A DNA stretch of 64,000 bases from Candidatus Poseidoniales archaeon (GTDB taxonomy: Archaea > Thermoplasmatota > Poseidoniia > Poseidoniales > Poseidoniaceae). The notes under the pieces were generated by a model. It was given only the letters and a program-made list of their open reading frames with translations, ran no database searches and was not told where the DNA came from. Both the position numbers and the translations under genes were made by a program. The stretch lies in the NCBI GenBank assembly GCA_019651595.1, contig BOYQ01000006.1, positions 44,044 through 108,043 of the forward strand, given 5' to 3'. Below are positions 46,732 to 55,856 of this stretch, piece by piece; position 1 is the first letter of the stretch, and each line of letters begins with the position of its first letter.

Positions 46732-49700
46732 ATGGCGACCGGTGATTTTCAAAACAATGGAATGAAAAGCATCGGCTTGGTTGTGCTGTTTCTTCTGTCC
46801 CTTCTCTCGCCCCTGTTGATGACGCCCACGTCATCGCCATCGCTGGATGAGGCTGACGCACCTGGGTTCACCGGTCCGTTCACGCAGGCCTCAGGTTACG
46901 GCCACGACTTCGCCGGAACGACCCTTGATGTCGACGGCCTCGTTCAGGTTTCGGTCCGTGAAGAGTCGATGCTCGACTTGTGGAGCACCGAGGTGTTGAA
47001 CCTCTCTTTTGGTGAGCATCACGGCACGCCCGACATGAAACTGACTCGGCACGACAAGGCACACTTTTGCTGGAGCACGCAGGAAGGCACGGTTCGAACC
47101 GCCGTTCATCGCCCCACCGGGCTTTGGACCACCACCCTCGTCGACTCCGTAGCGACCGCTACCGCAACGACGCTGGTGGACTGCGCCGTCGGCATCACCG
47201 CCAACGAACGACCGCGTGTGTTGTACGCTGACGGGGACGACCTCAAGATGGGGCGATACGCCGAGCAAAGCCAAACCTACTACGACGGCCCCCGATGGCA
47301 CACACGGACCATCATGGAAGACGTCGCTCCGACGCACCTCGCTCTTGACATCACGCCCGACGGCTTGGAGTGGGGCTTGATGCGCACCGATGCTGGTGCG
47401 CTGCATCAGGTGAATTTCAGCGGCGCCTACTGGACCGAGTACCTTCTGGACGCTGGTCCCGTCGGCGAGCGGTTCGAGTTGAAGGTGGACGACGATGGGG
47501 TCGCCCACGTGCTGTACTCCCGGACCGCCACCAATGAGGTGGTTCTTCTCCGCATTGATGGCATGGAGCGCGACCAGCGCATCCTGCTTCAGGACAACGA
47601 CCTCACGGACGTGCTCGGCATGGACTTGGACGCCAACAACATCGAACAGGTCGCCACGGCCACGCAAGACGGCTCATCGTTCTCAATCAACCTGATCCGC
47701 TCGCTGGCAGGCCAAGACACCGGGCGAGTCAACCCCGTGCCATCAACGGCCATCGAAGATGCCGATGACGAAACGGAAGGCCTCATGCTCATGGGCGACC
47801 TGAACGACGACGGTTTCGATGATTTCGTGGTTTCAACTCCCGAGGCCGACCTTGTCTCGATGACCGACAACGGGCGTGTTGCGGTCTATTACGGCTCGAG
47901 CAGCGGCCTTTCCGAACTTCCTGACATGATTTACGCCGGGGCATCCGACGGTGCACAGTTTGGCTTCGGCATGGACCTCGGGGATTTCAACAACGATGGC
48001 GTTCTCGACCTGGCCGTCGGTTCACCGGGCTGGGCTCCAGCGGATGACCCAACGACTCGCCACGGGATGGTCCACGTCTACCTCGGCAACGCCTCCGGTG
48101 TGTCAGCCTCGCCGTGGTCGAACCTGACGGGCGTTGCCAACGAATCCCTTGGCAGTGCCGTTGCGGCGCTTCACCACGCCAACAGCGGTGATGGCCTCGC
48201 CGCCACCGCTCGAAACCACACCGTGCAGGTCAGTCCTACGCAGGTCGACGACGGGAAAGTGAACCTCTACACGGGGAATGAGAGCGGCCTCCATCCGATG
48301 CGAAACCTCACGCAAACCGAAAACGGGGGCTTGTTCGGTCGGTCGCTCGAAGCGTGCGATGTGAACAACGATGGCTTTGACGAACTGATCGTGGGCAACA
48401 CCGGGACGTACGACGCCCCTGCCACCTACTCCTCCGTGGAGTACTTTTTCGGTTCAACGTCAGGCTACAACGGCACGGCCGACCACACCGTGGCGTCCAT
48501 CACCCAAGGACGGCTGTTTGGGTTGAACATCGCTTGTGTGGGCGACTTGAACGGCGACGGGTTCGACGAACACATTGTTTCGGAACCGTTCAACTCAACG
48601 CAGAGCTTTGGCGCAGGCACGCTCTGGCTCTTCGAAGGCACCGACGGGGCTCTGCCAGGTGACGCCGACTGGCAGTATTTCCCACCGCCCAACAGCCGCA
48701 TCGGTGAAGCGATGGCAGGCGCGGGCGACATCAACGAAGACGGCTACGGGGACGTTTACATCTCCAGCCGAATGGGGAACGCTGCGGGACGGATTGAGAT
48801 TTTCCTCGGTTCACCCAACGGCATCAGCACGGACCGCCAGTTGCTCGCCGAAGGCAACACGAGCGAACGCCTTGGTTTCCGAATGGCCGGCGACGGCGAC
48901 GTTGACGGCGACGGCCTCAGCGACCTCTTCTACTCCATGCGTTCCGGCGAGCGAGGCACATCGTACGGCCTGACGTACCTGATGTTGAGTGAGCAGGATT
49001 GGGAATCGATCTCCTTTGAACGACAAGGCACCATCACCGACGTCAAGTTGGGGACAGCCGGTCGTGGAGAGACCAGCATCGTCTACACACACGCCGATGC
49101 TCTTCGCCTTCACGTTTCCAAACTTGAACACATGAACGATGGAACGCCCGGTGGGCAATGGGTTGACCAAACGGTCGTGCGCCTCAACACCACGCATCTC
49201 GGCGTGGCGTTCGCCGTCCGCTCATCCGGTCAACCGATGGTGCTGGTGGAGAACACCTCGGCCATGATGCTGTCCTCCACGTCTTCCATGACGGCCCTCC
49301 AACAGGCCGTCGCAACGACGGGAACCATGGGGCAGTGGTTGGGCTCCACCATCACGCATGACAACAAACAAGTGCTTGCTTACACATCAGGTCTCGGCAA
49401 CCAAATCTTCGCAGCGACGCAATCAGCAACCGGATGGTCGAGTGAACTGGTCCGAACCAGCGCCGTGTTGGCCTCGCCAATCGAGGTTCTCATCGACCAG
49501 GGCAACAACCCGGTTTTGTTGTACAGGCACAACGCCACTGACCAACTGGAAATGGCGATAGGCGGAGCAAGTTGGGTCTTGGAAGCCCTCGGTGATGAGG
49601 GGGATGCCCGCTCTTTGCAGCACCCCGCAGTGATGCTGGCAAACCAATCGATAGCCGTTGGTTTGGTCGCTTCAAACGGTACCGGGACCAACCTCGCTGT

Positions 49701-52700
49701 GTGGATTCACGACGGCAATGAACTCTCGAAGCACGAAGTGGCAAACCACACCGACCTCAACAGCGAGCTGGGGCTTGTTACGCTCGCTAACGGTTCCATC
49801 CTGTTGGCGGCGCTAACGTCAGACGGTGCCCTAACCGTTTACGAACAGTGGCCCGCCAGCACCGGTTGGGTTGAACACACCCTGCCTCAACCCAGCGGTG
49901 TCGCCAACGAGTACCGACTCGACCTCAAGGGCGGTGATTCACCCTTGCTGGCCGTTCGCGGCAACGCCATCTCCTCTATTTACGGCCTGAACGAAAGCGG
50001 GGCGTGGGTCTCCCTTGCTGAGCGACCGGCTGCCGCCGTTGATGGCGCATGGGACGTGTTGCACGCCGGCGATCATCTGGTCTTGATGACCAGCGACCCC
50101 GTCTCGCAACACCTCACGTTCAACAGTCTTGAACTCAACACCACCACGGGTGAGCCCAACCAGTGGATGTCGACAACGTTTGGTGATGTTCGAACGAATC
50201 ACCCCGTTCACGCCAAACTCGATTCGAACGGGACCGTCCACATGGCTTACTGGGACGAGGTCAACGACGACGTCATCATGCTCCGCCTCTACGGCGATGC
50301 AGACCGCGACCTCGTCTTCGACCTCATCGACGCCATGCCGAGCGTCGGTGACCAGTGGATGAACAGCGACGGCGACAACTACGGTGACAACCCACTCGGA
50401 CCGTTGCCCGATGCTTGCCCCACGGATGCGGGCCCGTCGTCGTTCATCTTCCAAGGCTGCGATGATTACGACACCGACGGCTACAGGGACACCATTGACG
50501 GATGTGACGACCAGGGCGGCACGTCGTGGATCGACCGATTCGGGTGCGAGGACCTCGACCAGGACGGCTGGTCCGACAACGGTGCTTCCTACTTCGACGG
50601 TGACGTCTTCAAGAGCAACTGGAAACAGGCTCTGGACACCGACGGCGACGGCTTCGGCGACAATCACGGCGTGGACTGCTGTGCGGTTCCCGTTTACGAC
50701 CCCAACGCCGGTCCGGGCGATTTGTTCCCCTACCTCGCCTCACAATACAGCGACTATGACGGTGATGGCTACGGCGACAACGACACCGACACCGTTCACG
50801 GTGATTACTGCCCGTGGGACTTTGGGACGTCCTTCCGAGACCGAAATGGATGCCTTGACACCGACGGTGATGGCGCCAGCGACCCGTCGGGCGAGGGGAC
50901 GATTTTCGAATGGAACGCCACCGAGCACGGCGCCGATGTGTGGCCCTTTGACCCCACGCAGTGGCAAGACACCGACGGCGACGGCTTTGGCGACAATCAA
51001 TCCGAGAACGCCACCAACCCGGACCGCTTCCCCATGCGAATCGCCGCCGCCAACGACACCGATGACGACGGCTACGCCGACAATTGGACCGAGTTTTACA
51101 ACGGCACCAACGCCCAAGGCATCTTCATTGACGCCTGCCCCACCGAATGGGGCAACTCCACTCGACGGAACCTCACCGTCTACGCCTACGGCTGCCCCGA
51201 TGCCGACGGGGACGGCTACACCGACGCGTACGTGTTTGACGTCGATCCTGACACGGGCCTGCGCATCAACGAACTCGGCGACGCCTTCCCGGACGAGCGA
51301 ACCCAGTCCAAGGACCGGGACGGCGATGGGTTTGGCGACAATCCAGTGGGCGCCAACGGCGATCAGTGCCCTGAGGTCCCCGGCGTGCTGAACGGCACCG
51401 ACGGCGTGGGTTGTCGGGTTATCGATCTCAACGATGATGACGGCGACGGCCTGATCAACGAACTGGATTTGATTTGCCCCAACACGCCCTTGGGTGAGCA
51501 GGTCAACGCCGACGGTTGTTCCCAATCCGAACTCGACGACGACGAGGACGGGGTCAACAACAACCTTGACCTCTGCCCCGACACGCCCGCAGGGCTTGCC
51601 GTTGACGCTGAAGGTTGCAGCGAAGCGCAGCGAACATCGGACACCGACGGTGACGGATTGAACGACCCTGAGGACACGTGCCCGGACACCGAACCCGACG
51701 CTGAGGTCGATGAGAACGGCTGTTCTCAAGCGCAACGCGACACCGACGGCGACGGCCTGTCCGACCTTGACGATGCGTGCGACGACACCCCTCCTGGGTT
51801 CCCCATTCTCGCCAACGGTTGCACCGATGAAAGCGCCCTTGACACCGATCTTGACGGTGACGGGTACAGTGGCGCTTACGCCTACGACATCGACCCCGTC
51901 ACGGGGCTCCATGTCAATCAAACGGGGGACGCCTTCCCCAGCGATGCGACGCAGTGGTTTGACCAGGACGGCGACGGCTACGGTGACAACCCCTCGCCGG
52001 CCAACAACGCCGACGATTGCCCCGCTGAAACCGGCACGTCCTACATCGATTTCCTGGGTTGTTATGACGACGGCGACGGTTATCGCGACGAAAACGAGCC
52101 TGAAGCCCTCCGTGGTGATCCCACCCAGTGGCGAGATTCAGATTTCGACGGGTTTGGTGACAACTGGGGCAATCCGTCATGGAACGCCACGCGGGACCCC
52201 TCGTGGCCCGGCCAGTTCGTGGAGGGTGCAACCAACGCCGATTTCTGTCCGAAGACCACGCCCGGCTTGAGCGTCGACGAGGAAGGGTGCCACATCTCCC
52301 AACGAGACAGCGACGCCGACGGCGTGATGGACGATGCTGACAACTGCCCCAACGAACCGAAGGGCGTTGACGGATACGATGACGGTTGTCCATACGTACC
52401 GCTGTCCGGCGACGGCGAGGAAGGCCTGTTCGGCGTGGACGCCGGCATCATCATGTTGGCTCTTGGCGGCCTCGGTGGCTTGGCCATCGTCAGCCTGCTG
52501 GTCGTGCGACTTCTGCGGAGGGAGGACGACGACGAGGACGACGAGTACGATGATTTCTACGACGACGAGGATGAGGAGGAAAGTTTCCTTGACCGACTCG
52601 ACCGGACGACCTCCGTTCAGCCTCAACGCTCCCGTTCCGTGCCTGAACGTCGCTCCAACCCAGGTCCTTCCAGCGGTCCAAGTGGCCCTGCCCCAAGTCG

Positions 52701-53064
52701 AACCGCTCCGGTGCGCAAGCGAGGTCCCCCCGGTGGTCCTGCCAAAACCGGCGGCCCCCCGGGTCGCAGCCCGAGCAAGAAACCCGCGCCCAAAGCGGCA
52801 CCTGAACCTCAAAAGGCGGGCAAGAAGAAGGTGGTCGCCGACGAGGACCCTGGAAAGAAAGTCCGCAAGGCCAAGATCAACGTTGATTTGTCCATCTTTG
52901 AGGACTGGCAAACCGACGACCGCGAAGCCGCCGTGGAATGGGTGGTCGGTGCGTTTGCTGACGGCGACGAAGAGCGAACGGTGTTGATGCAACTTCAGGA
53001 AACGGGATGGACGGCGAAGCAATCCCGTGCGATTTGCGACCTGGCAAAGAACCATCGAGGTTGA
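46732..53064 (+). CDS. 2110-aa surface protein: beta-propeller-like region, seven FG-GAP (integrin-alpha-like) blades, second propeller-like region, long TSP3-like array, TM helix, 180-aa cytoplasmic tail
   Basis: Uninterrupted ORF with signal/anchor at the N-terminus. FG-GAP blades are GDLNDDGFDDFVV, GDFNNDGVLDLAV, CDVNNDGFDELIV, GDLNGDGFDEHIV, GDINEDGYGDVYI and GDVDGDGLSDLFY, plus one degenerate blade. Many DxDxDGxxDxxD loops. TM helix GIIMLALGGLGGLAIVSLLVV followed by RLLRRE. Confidence 0.9.
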   Translation: MATGDFQNNGMKSIGLVVLFLLSLLSPLLMTPTSSPSLDEADAPGFTGPFTQASGYGHDFAGTTLDVDGLVQVSVREESMLDLWSTEVLNLSFGEHHGTPDMKLTRHDKAHFCWSTQEGTVRTAVHRPTGLWTTTLVDSVATATATTLVDCAVGITANERPRVLYADGDDLKMGRYAEQSQTYYDGPRWHTRTIMEDVAPTHLALDITPDGLEWGLMRTDAGALHQVNFSGAYWTEYLLDAGPVGERFELKVDDDGVAHVLYSRTATNEVVLLRIDGMERDQRILLQDNDLTDVLGMDLDANNIEQVATATQDGSSFSINLIRSLAGQDTGRVNPVPSTAIEDADDETEGLMLMGDLNDDGFDDFVVSTPEADLVSMTDNGRVAVYYGSSSGLSELPDMIYAGASDGAQFGFGMDLGDFNNDGVLDLAVGSPGWAPADDPTTRHGMVHVYLGNASGVSASPWSNLTGVANESLGSAVAALHHANSGDGLAATARNHTVQVSPTQVDDGKVNLYTGNESGLHPMRNLTQTENGGLFGRSLEACDVNNDGFDELIVGNTGTYDAPATYSSVEYFFGSTSGYNGTADHTVASITQGRLFGLNIACVGDLNGDGFDEHIVSEPFNSTQSFGAGTLWLFEGTDGALPGDADWQYFPPPNSRIGEAMAGAGDINEDGYGDVYISSRMGNAAGRIEIFLGSPNGISTDRQLLAEGNTSERLGFRMAGDGDVDGDGLSDLFYSMRSGERGTSYGLTYLMLSEQDWESISFERQGTITDVKLGTAGRGETSIVYTHADALRLHVSKLEHMNDGTPGGQWVDQTVVRLNTTHLGVAFAVRSSGQPMVLVENTSAMMLSSTSSMTALQQAVATTGTMGQWLGSTITHDNKQVLAYTSGLGNQIFAATQSATGWSSELVRTSAVLASPIEVLIDQGNNPVLLYRHNATDQLEMAIGGASWVLEALGDEGDARSLQHPAVMLANQSIAVGLVASNGTGTNLAVWIHDGNELSKHEVANHTDLNSELGLVTLANGSILLAALTSDGALTVYEQWPASTGWVEHTLPQPSGVANEYRLDLKGGDSPLLAVRGNAISSIYGLNESGAWVSLAERPAAAVDGAWDVLHAGDHLVLMTSDPVSQHLTFNSLELNTTTGEPNQWMSTTFGDVRTNHPVHAKLDSNGTVHMAYWDEVNDDVIMLRLYGDADRDLVFDLIDAMPSVGDQWMNSDGDNYGDNPLGPLPDACPTDAGPSSFIFQGCDDYDTDGYRDTIDGCDDQGGTSWIDRFGCEDLDQDGWSDNGASYFDGDVFKSNWKQALDTDGDGFGDNHGVDCCAVPVYDPNAGPGDLFPYLASQYSDYDGDGYGDNDTDTVHGDYCPWDFGTSFRDRNGCLDTDGDGASDPSGEGTIFEWNATEHGADVWPFDPTQWQDTDGDGFGDNQSENATNPDRFPMRIAAANDTDDDGYADNWTEFYNGTNAQGIFIDACPTEWGNSTRRNLTVYAYGCPDADGDGYTDAYVFDVDPDTGLRINELGDAFPDERTQSKDRDGDGFGDNPVGANGDQCPEVPGVLNGTDGVGCRVIDLNDDDGDGLINELDLICPNTPLGEQVNADGCSQSELDDDEDGVNNNLDLCPDTPAGLAVDAEGCSEAQRTSDTDGDGLNDPEDTCPDTEPDAEVDENGCSQAQRDTDGDGLSDLDDACDDTPPGFPILANGCTDESALDTDLDGDGYSGAYAYDIDPVTGLHVNQTGDAFPSDATQWFDQDGDGYGDNPSPANNADDCPAETGTSYIDFLGCYDDGDGYRDENEPEALRGDPTQWRDSDFDGFGDNWGNPSWNATRDPSWPGQFVEGATNADFCPKTTPGLSVDEEGCHISQRDSDADGVMDDADNCPNEPKGVDGYDDGCPYVPLSGDGEEGLFGVDAGIIMLALGGLGGLAIVSLLVVRLLRREDDDEDDEYDDFYDDEDEEESFLDRLDRTTSVQPQRSRSVPERRSNPGPSSGPSGPAPSRTAPVRKRGPPGGPAKTGGPPGRSPSKKPAPKAAPEPQKAGKKKVVADEDPGKKVRKAKINVDLSIFEDWQTDDREAAVEWVVGAFADGDEERTVLMQLQETGWTAKQSRAICDLAKNHRG
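50330..52430 (+). repeat. coding tandem repeats (TSP3-like Ca-binding loops)
   Basis: Dozens of D-x-D-x-D-G-x-x-D-x-x-D motifs, with recurring QW.D.D.DG.GDN and CP.T units. Confidence 0.7.
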
Positions 53065-53066
53065 AC

Positions 53067-53080
53067 GCCCTCATGAGGGC
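53067..53080 (+). terminator. perfect 14-nt palindrome just after the giant gene
   Basis: gccctcatgagggc lies 2 nt after stop 53064 and is followed by ttaaat. Confidence 0.3.
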
Positions 53081-53109
53081 TTAAATGGAGAGCGACGGTC
53101 GCCGGGAAA

Positions 53110-53114
53110 GGAGG
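53110..53114 (+). promoter_or_regulatory. Shine-Dalgarno-like GGAGG
   Basis: aaaGGAGGaagactgATG. GGAGG lies 7 nt upstream of ATG 53122. Confidence 0.4.
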
Positions 53115-53121
53115 AAGACTG

Positions 53122-54587
53122 ATGTCGGATGAATTGACGGTTTCCGCCTCCGATATCGAGGTTGACGAGGCGGCGGCGTATTTCGGCGCCACCGAGTCCA
53201 GCGATGTTCTCCACGCCATGATGGCCATGCCTCGTGAACAAGCGATGATTCAATTTTTTGAGTTGCTTTCGGACATTGTTCTACGGCCGGGCGACTTTGA
53301 TTTTGAGGCCGCCAGCGAACGAATGCAATGCGAGGGTGGTGAAATCTACTACCTCGTGGCAGGCCACCTCGGCCTCATGAGCATGCCGGACCCGCTGCTG
53401 CAGGCCGGGTTTGCCCGATTCCTCTGGGAAACGACCGCAGCCGATGCCGGTATTGCCGATGGGGATCGAGCTGCGTTGGAACGCCTCGCTGACCCGATGC
53501 GTATGATGAAACTCTTTGCCGTGGCCCACCAAACCGGCTCGAAAGATGAAGTGGTCAACTACATCAACGGATTTGAAGGGTTCCTCAAGAACGTCGGCGG
53601 CTCGGTCCCGGCGCTGGTCAGCATCAGCACCGAATGGATGCAGCCCTCGACGTGGCAGGCCACGTGCTTCCCATCGCCACCCTTGCCAGTGGCTCGGCTG
53701 CGGCCGCCACGGTCGACGTTCCCGAAACGACCAGCCTCCCGGCGCCCGTGGAAACGGCGCCGCCCGCTGCTGCGCCTCCGGAACCGGTGGTTGCCTCCGA
53801 CCTCGAACCTGCGACCGTCCCTCTTCCGACGACGCCCGCACCTGAACCCGCACCCGCCCCGGCGACACCAAGCACGGTGGCCCTCCCCGCCAGCACGGTG
53901 GCGCTCCCGGAGGTTGCACCCGTCCCCGAGGAAGAGGTGTCGATCAACATCGAGAGCGAGAAGCAGGTTGCGAAAGCGACGCAAGATGCTTTTTCTGGAG
54001 CGTTCAGTTCTGAACTGGTCCCCGAACCTGAGCCGGTTCCTGCGTCGGAAACCGCCCCTGAAGAAACCGAGTTCGTGAGCGCTGCTGAACACTTCATCGC
54101 CGCCGATGAGGACGGGAGCGGCGCCCTTGACGTTGAGGAACTTGCGCAAGCCACCGGGACGAGCCTCGAGGAAGCCAGTGCCCTCCATGCGGAAGCGGAC
54201 ACCGACGGCGACGGTGTGGTCACCCTCTCGGAATTCATCGCTTCACCGGCCGCAGAGAAGACGGCCTCGCTTCCCAAACCCGTCGCCCCGGTTCGCCGTC
54301 CGCTCGCTCAACGCCCCGCACCGACTCAGCCCCAAGCACAGCCGGCTCAACCACCTCCTCAACCTCAACCCTGGCAGCAACAGCCCCCTCAGCAAGGTTG
54401 GCCACAACAGCGTCCTCAACAGCAAGGCTGGCAGCAACCGCCTCAACAGCAGGGGTGGCCTCGTCCTCAAGCGCCGCTGGTCCAACCGACCATACGCTCG
54501 GGCGTGCACTGCCGCGGTTGCGGCATTGGATTGGACCCTTACTGGCGTTTCTGCCCGGTGTGCGGTCAGCAAAACTTGGGCTACTGA
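53122..54587 (+). CDS. EF-hand pair + P/Q-rich QQGW repeats + C-terminal zinc-ribbon protein; one frame change near 53630-53640
   Basis: Fragments 53122-54078 and 53634-54587 join as ...ALVSISTE|MDAALDVAG. EF-hand loops DEDGSGALDVEEL and DTDGDGVVTLSEF. The C-terminus is CRGCGIGLDPYWRFCPVCG. Confidence 0.6.
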
Positions 54588-54594
54588 TGCGGCT

Positions 54595-55757
54595 TCAATG
54601 GGCGACGAACGTCCCGTTTTCGAAGAGCACGGTTTCGTCAAGCCACACGCTGGGGCCCGCATAACACCCGGCACCTGGATACCGACCGCAGCTGAACCGC
54701 CCAAGGTGGTGTTGTCCCCGATTGAGAAATAGGCCGTGCCGAGTTTCTTCTCGTCTTCGAGCACGTTTCCAGCGAGGCGAGCGTTGGGGTTCATACCGAA
54801 ACCGAACTCAGCGATGGTCCATACGTTTTCTTGGTCCTTGGCTTTCAACCGCTTGGCGGCCTCACCAAAGGTTTGGCGAATTTGCGCCGCCACGGTGCCA
54901 CCTTTGACGTCGACGACCAATCCGTTTTCGATTTGGAGCACCACGGGTTCGTCAACCAAGGCAGAATCCCATGAGCCATCGATGACGATGGTGCCGTTCA
55001 TCGTTCCCTCTCGCGGAAGGGTGAAAATTTTGCCAGCGGGGAGGTTGGTCAACATGCGCGGGCGGTTACAGATGCCGTTGTCATCCAACTTCCATTCACG
55101 CCAGTTCACTTCGAAGGTCACGTTGGTGCCTGAATCCGATTTGACGTTCACGATTCGTTTCCGGCGAAGCAAGTTGTTCATCTCGCCGATGTTTTTCTTG
55201 ATGATGTTGAAGTCAGCCGACATACCGCCTTCAGTGAACATTTCCACCGTCATGCCCGGCATGGTCGCCACGCGGGAACCGTCCTTGATGGCTTGACGAA
55301 CGGCGCGGGTGTGGGTCAGCGAATAACGCGTTGGTGCGATGACGACCTGCTGTTGTCGCATGAGGTTGGCCACCGGCGTGGGAGGCTCCTCGCCGTGATG
55401 GCGCCCTTTGGGCATCACGACCAGCAGGACGCGGTCCGACCTCAGGCTGGCAGCATCGTGAAGCGCTTGTCCGACCTCTGTCGTGGTTGAATCGCACACG
55501 ATCAGAATGTTTTCACCCCGGCGGAGGTCCATGCAGGTGTCAATGACGGTCCGGGCGCTCTTGGCCATTTTTTCCTTGAGGTCAAGTTCGTCACCTGTCT
55601 CCTCTTCCACCGGTTCTTGAACCACAGGTTCCTCCTCTTCCGAGAGGCCCTCAGCCTCGTTCATGATGTCCTCAATGTCTTGGTCGACCGGTTCATCATC
55701 GTCCTTGCCCGAACCCTTTCGGCGAAACGGGAGGACCATGCCGCGGGTACCGTTCAA
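54595..55757 (-). CDS. M29-family (aminopeptidase T/PepS-like) metallopeptidase with acidic N-extension; one frame change near 54652-54658
   Basis: ...GENILIVCDS..., EFGFGMNPNARLAGNVLEDEKKLGTAY. The true C-terminus ...VWLDETVLFENGTFVAH* is in another frame. The ORF-track tail to 54243 runs antisense over the EF-hand gene. Confidence 0.7.
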
Positions 55758-55856
55758 ATGTTCTTGAATGTGTGCATTTTTTTATCGCTTTGACCCTCCA
55801 AACGAACCGTTTTCACCGGGGGGAGTGTTGAAGAAGCACGGGGCCTTGAAGCCGCC

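Noticed and set aside
52900-53061. UBA-like domain at the extreme C-terminus of the 2110-aa protein
   Set aside because: The resemblance rests on a short G-W-T...Q...AI pattern only. It is too weak to call without profile or structure prediction, so it is mentioned only as a hint.
53122-54587. Two genuinely overlapping genes (53122-54078 and 53634-54587)
   Set aside because: The 3' part of the first ORF is P/R-rich shadow sequence. The second ORF lacks an independent start context. A single indel near 53635 joins them into one coherent protein.
54243-54594. 3' extension of the aminopeptidase ORF over the EF-hand gene
   Set aside because: The conserved M29 C-terminus (...VWLDETVLFENGTFVAH*) is found in another frame, ending at 54595. 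The extension is antisense shadow sequence.
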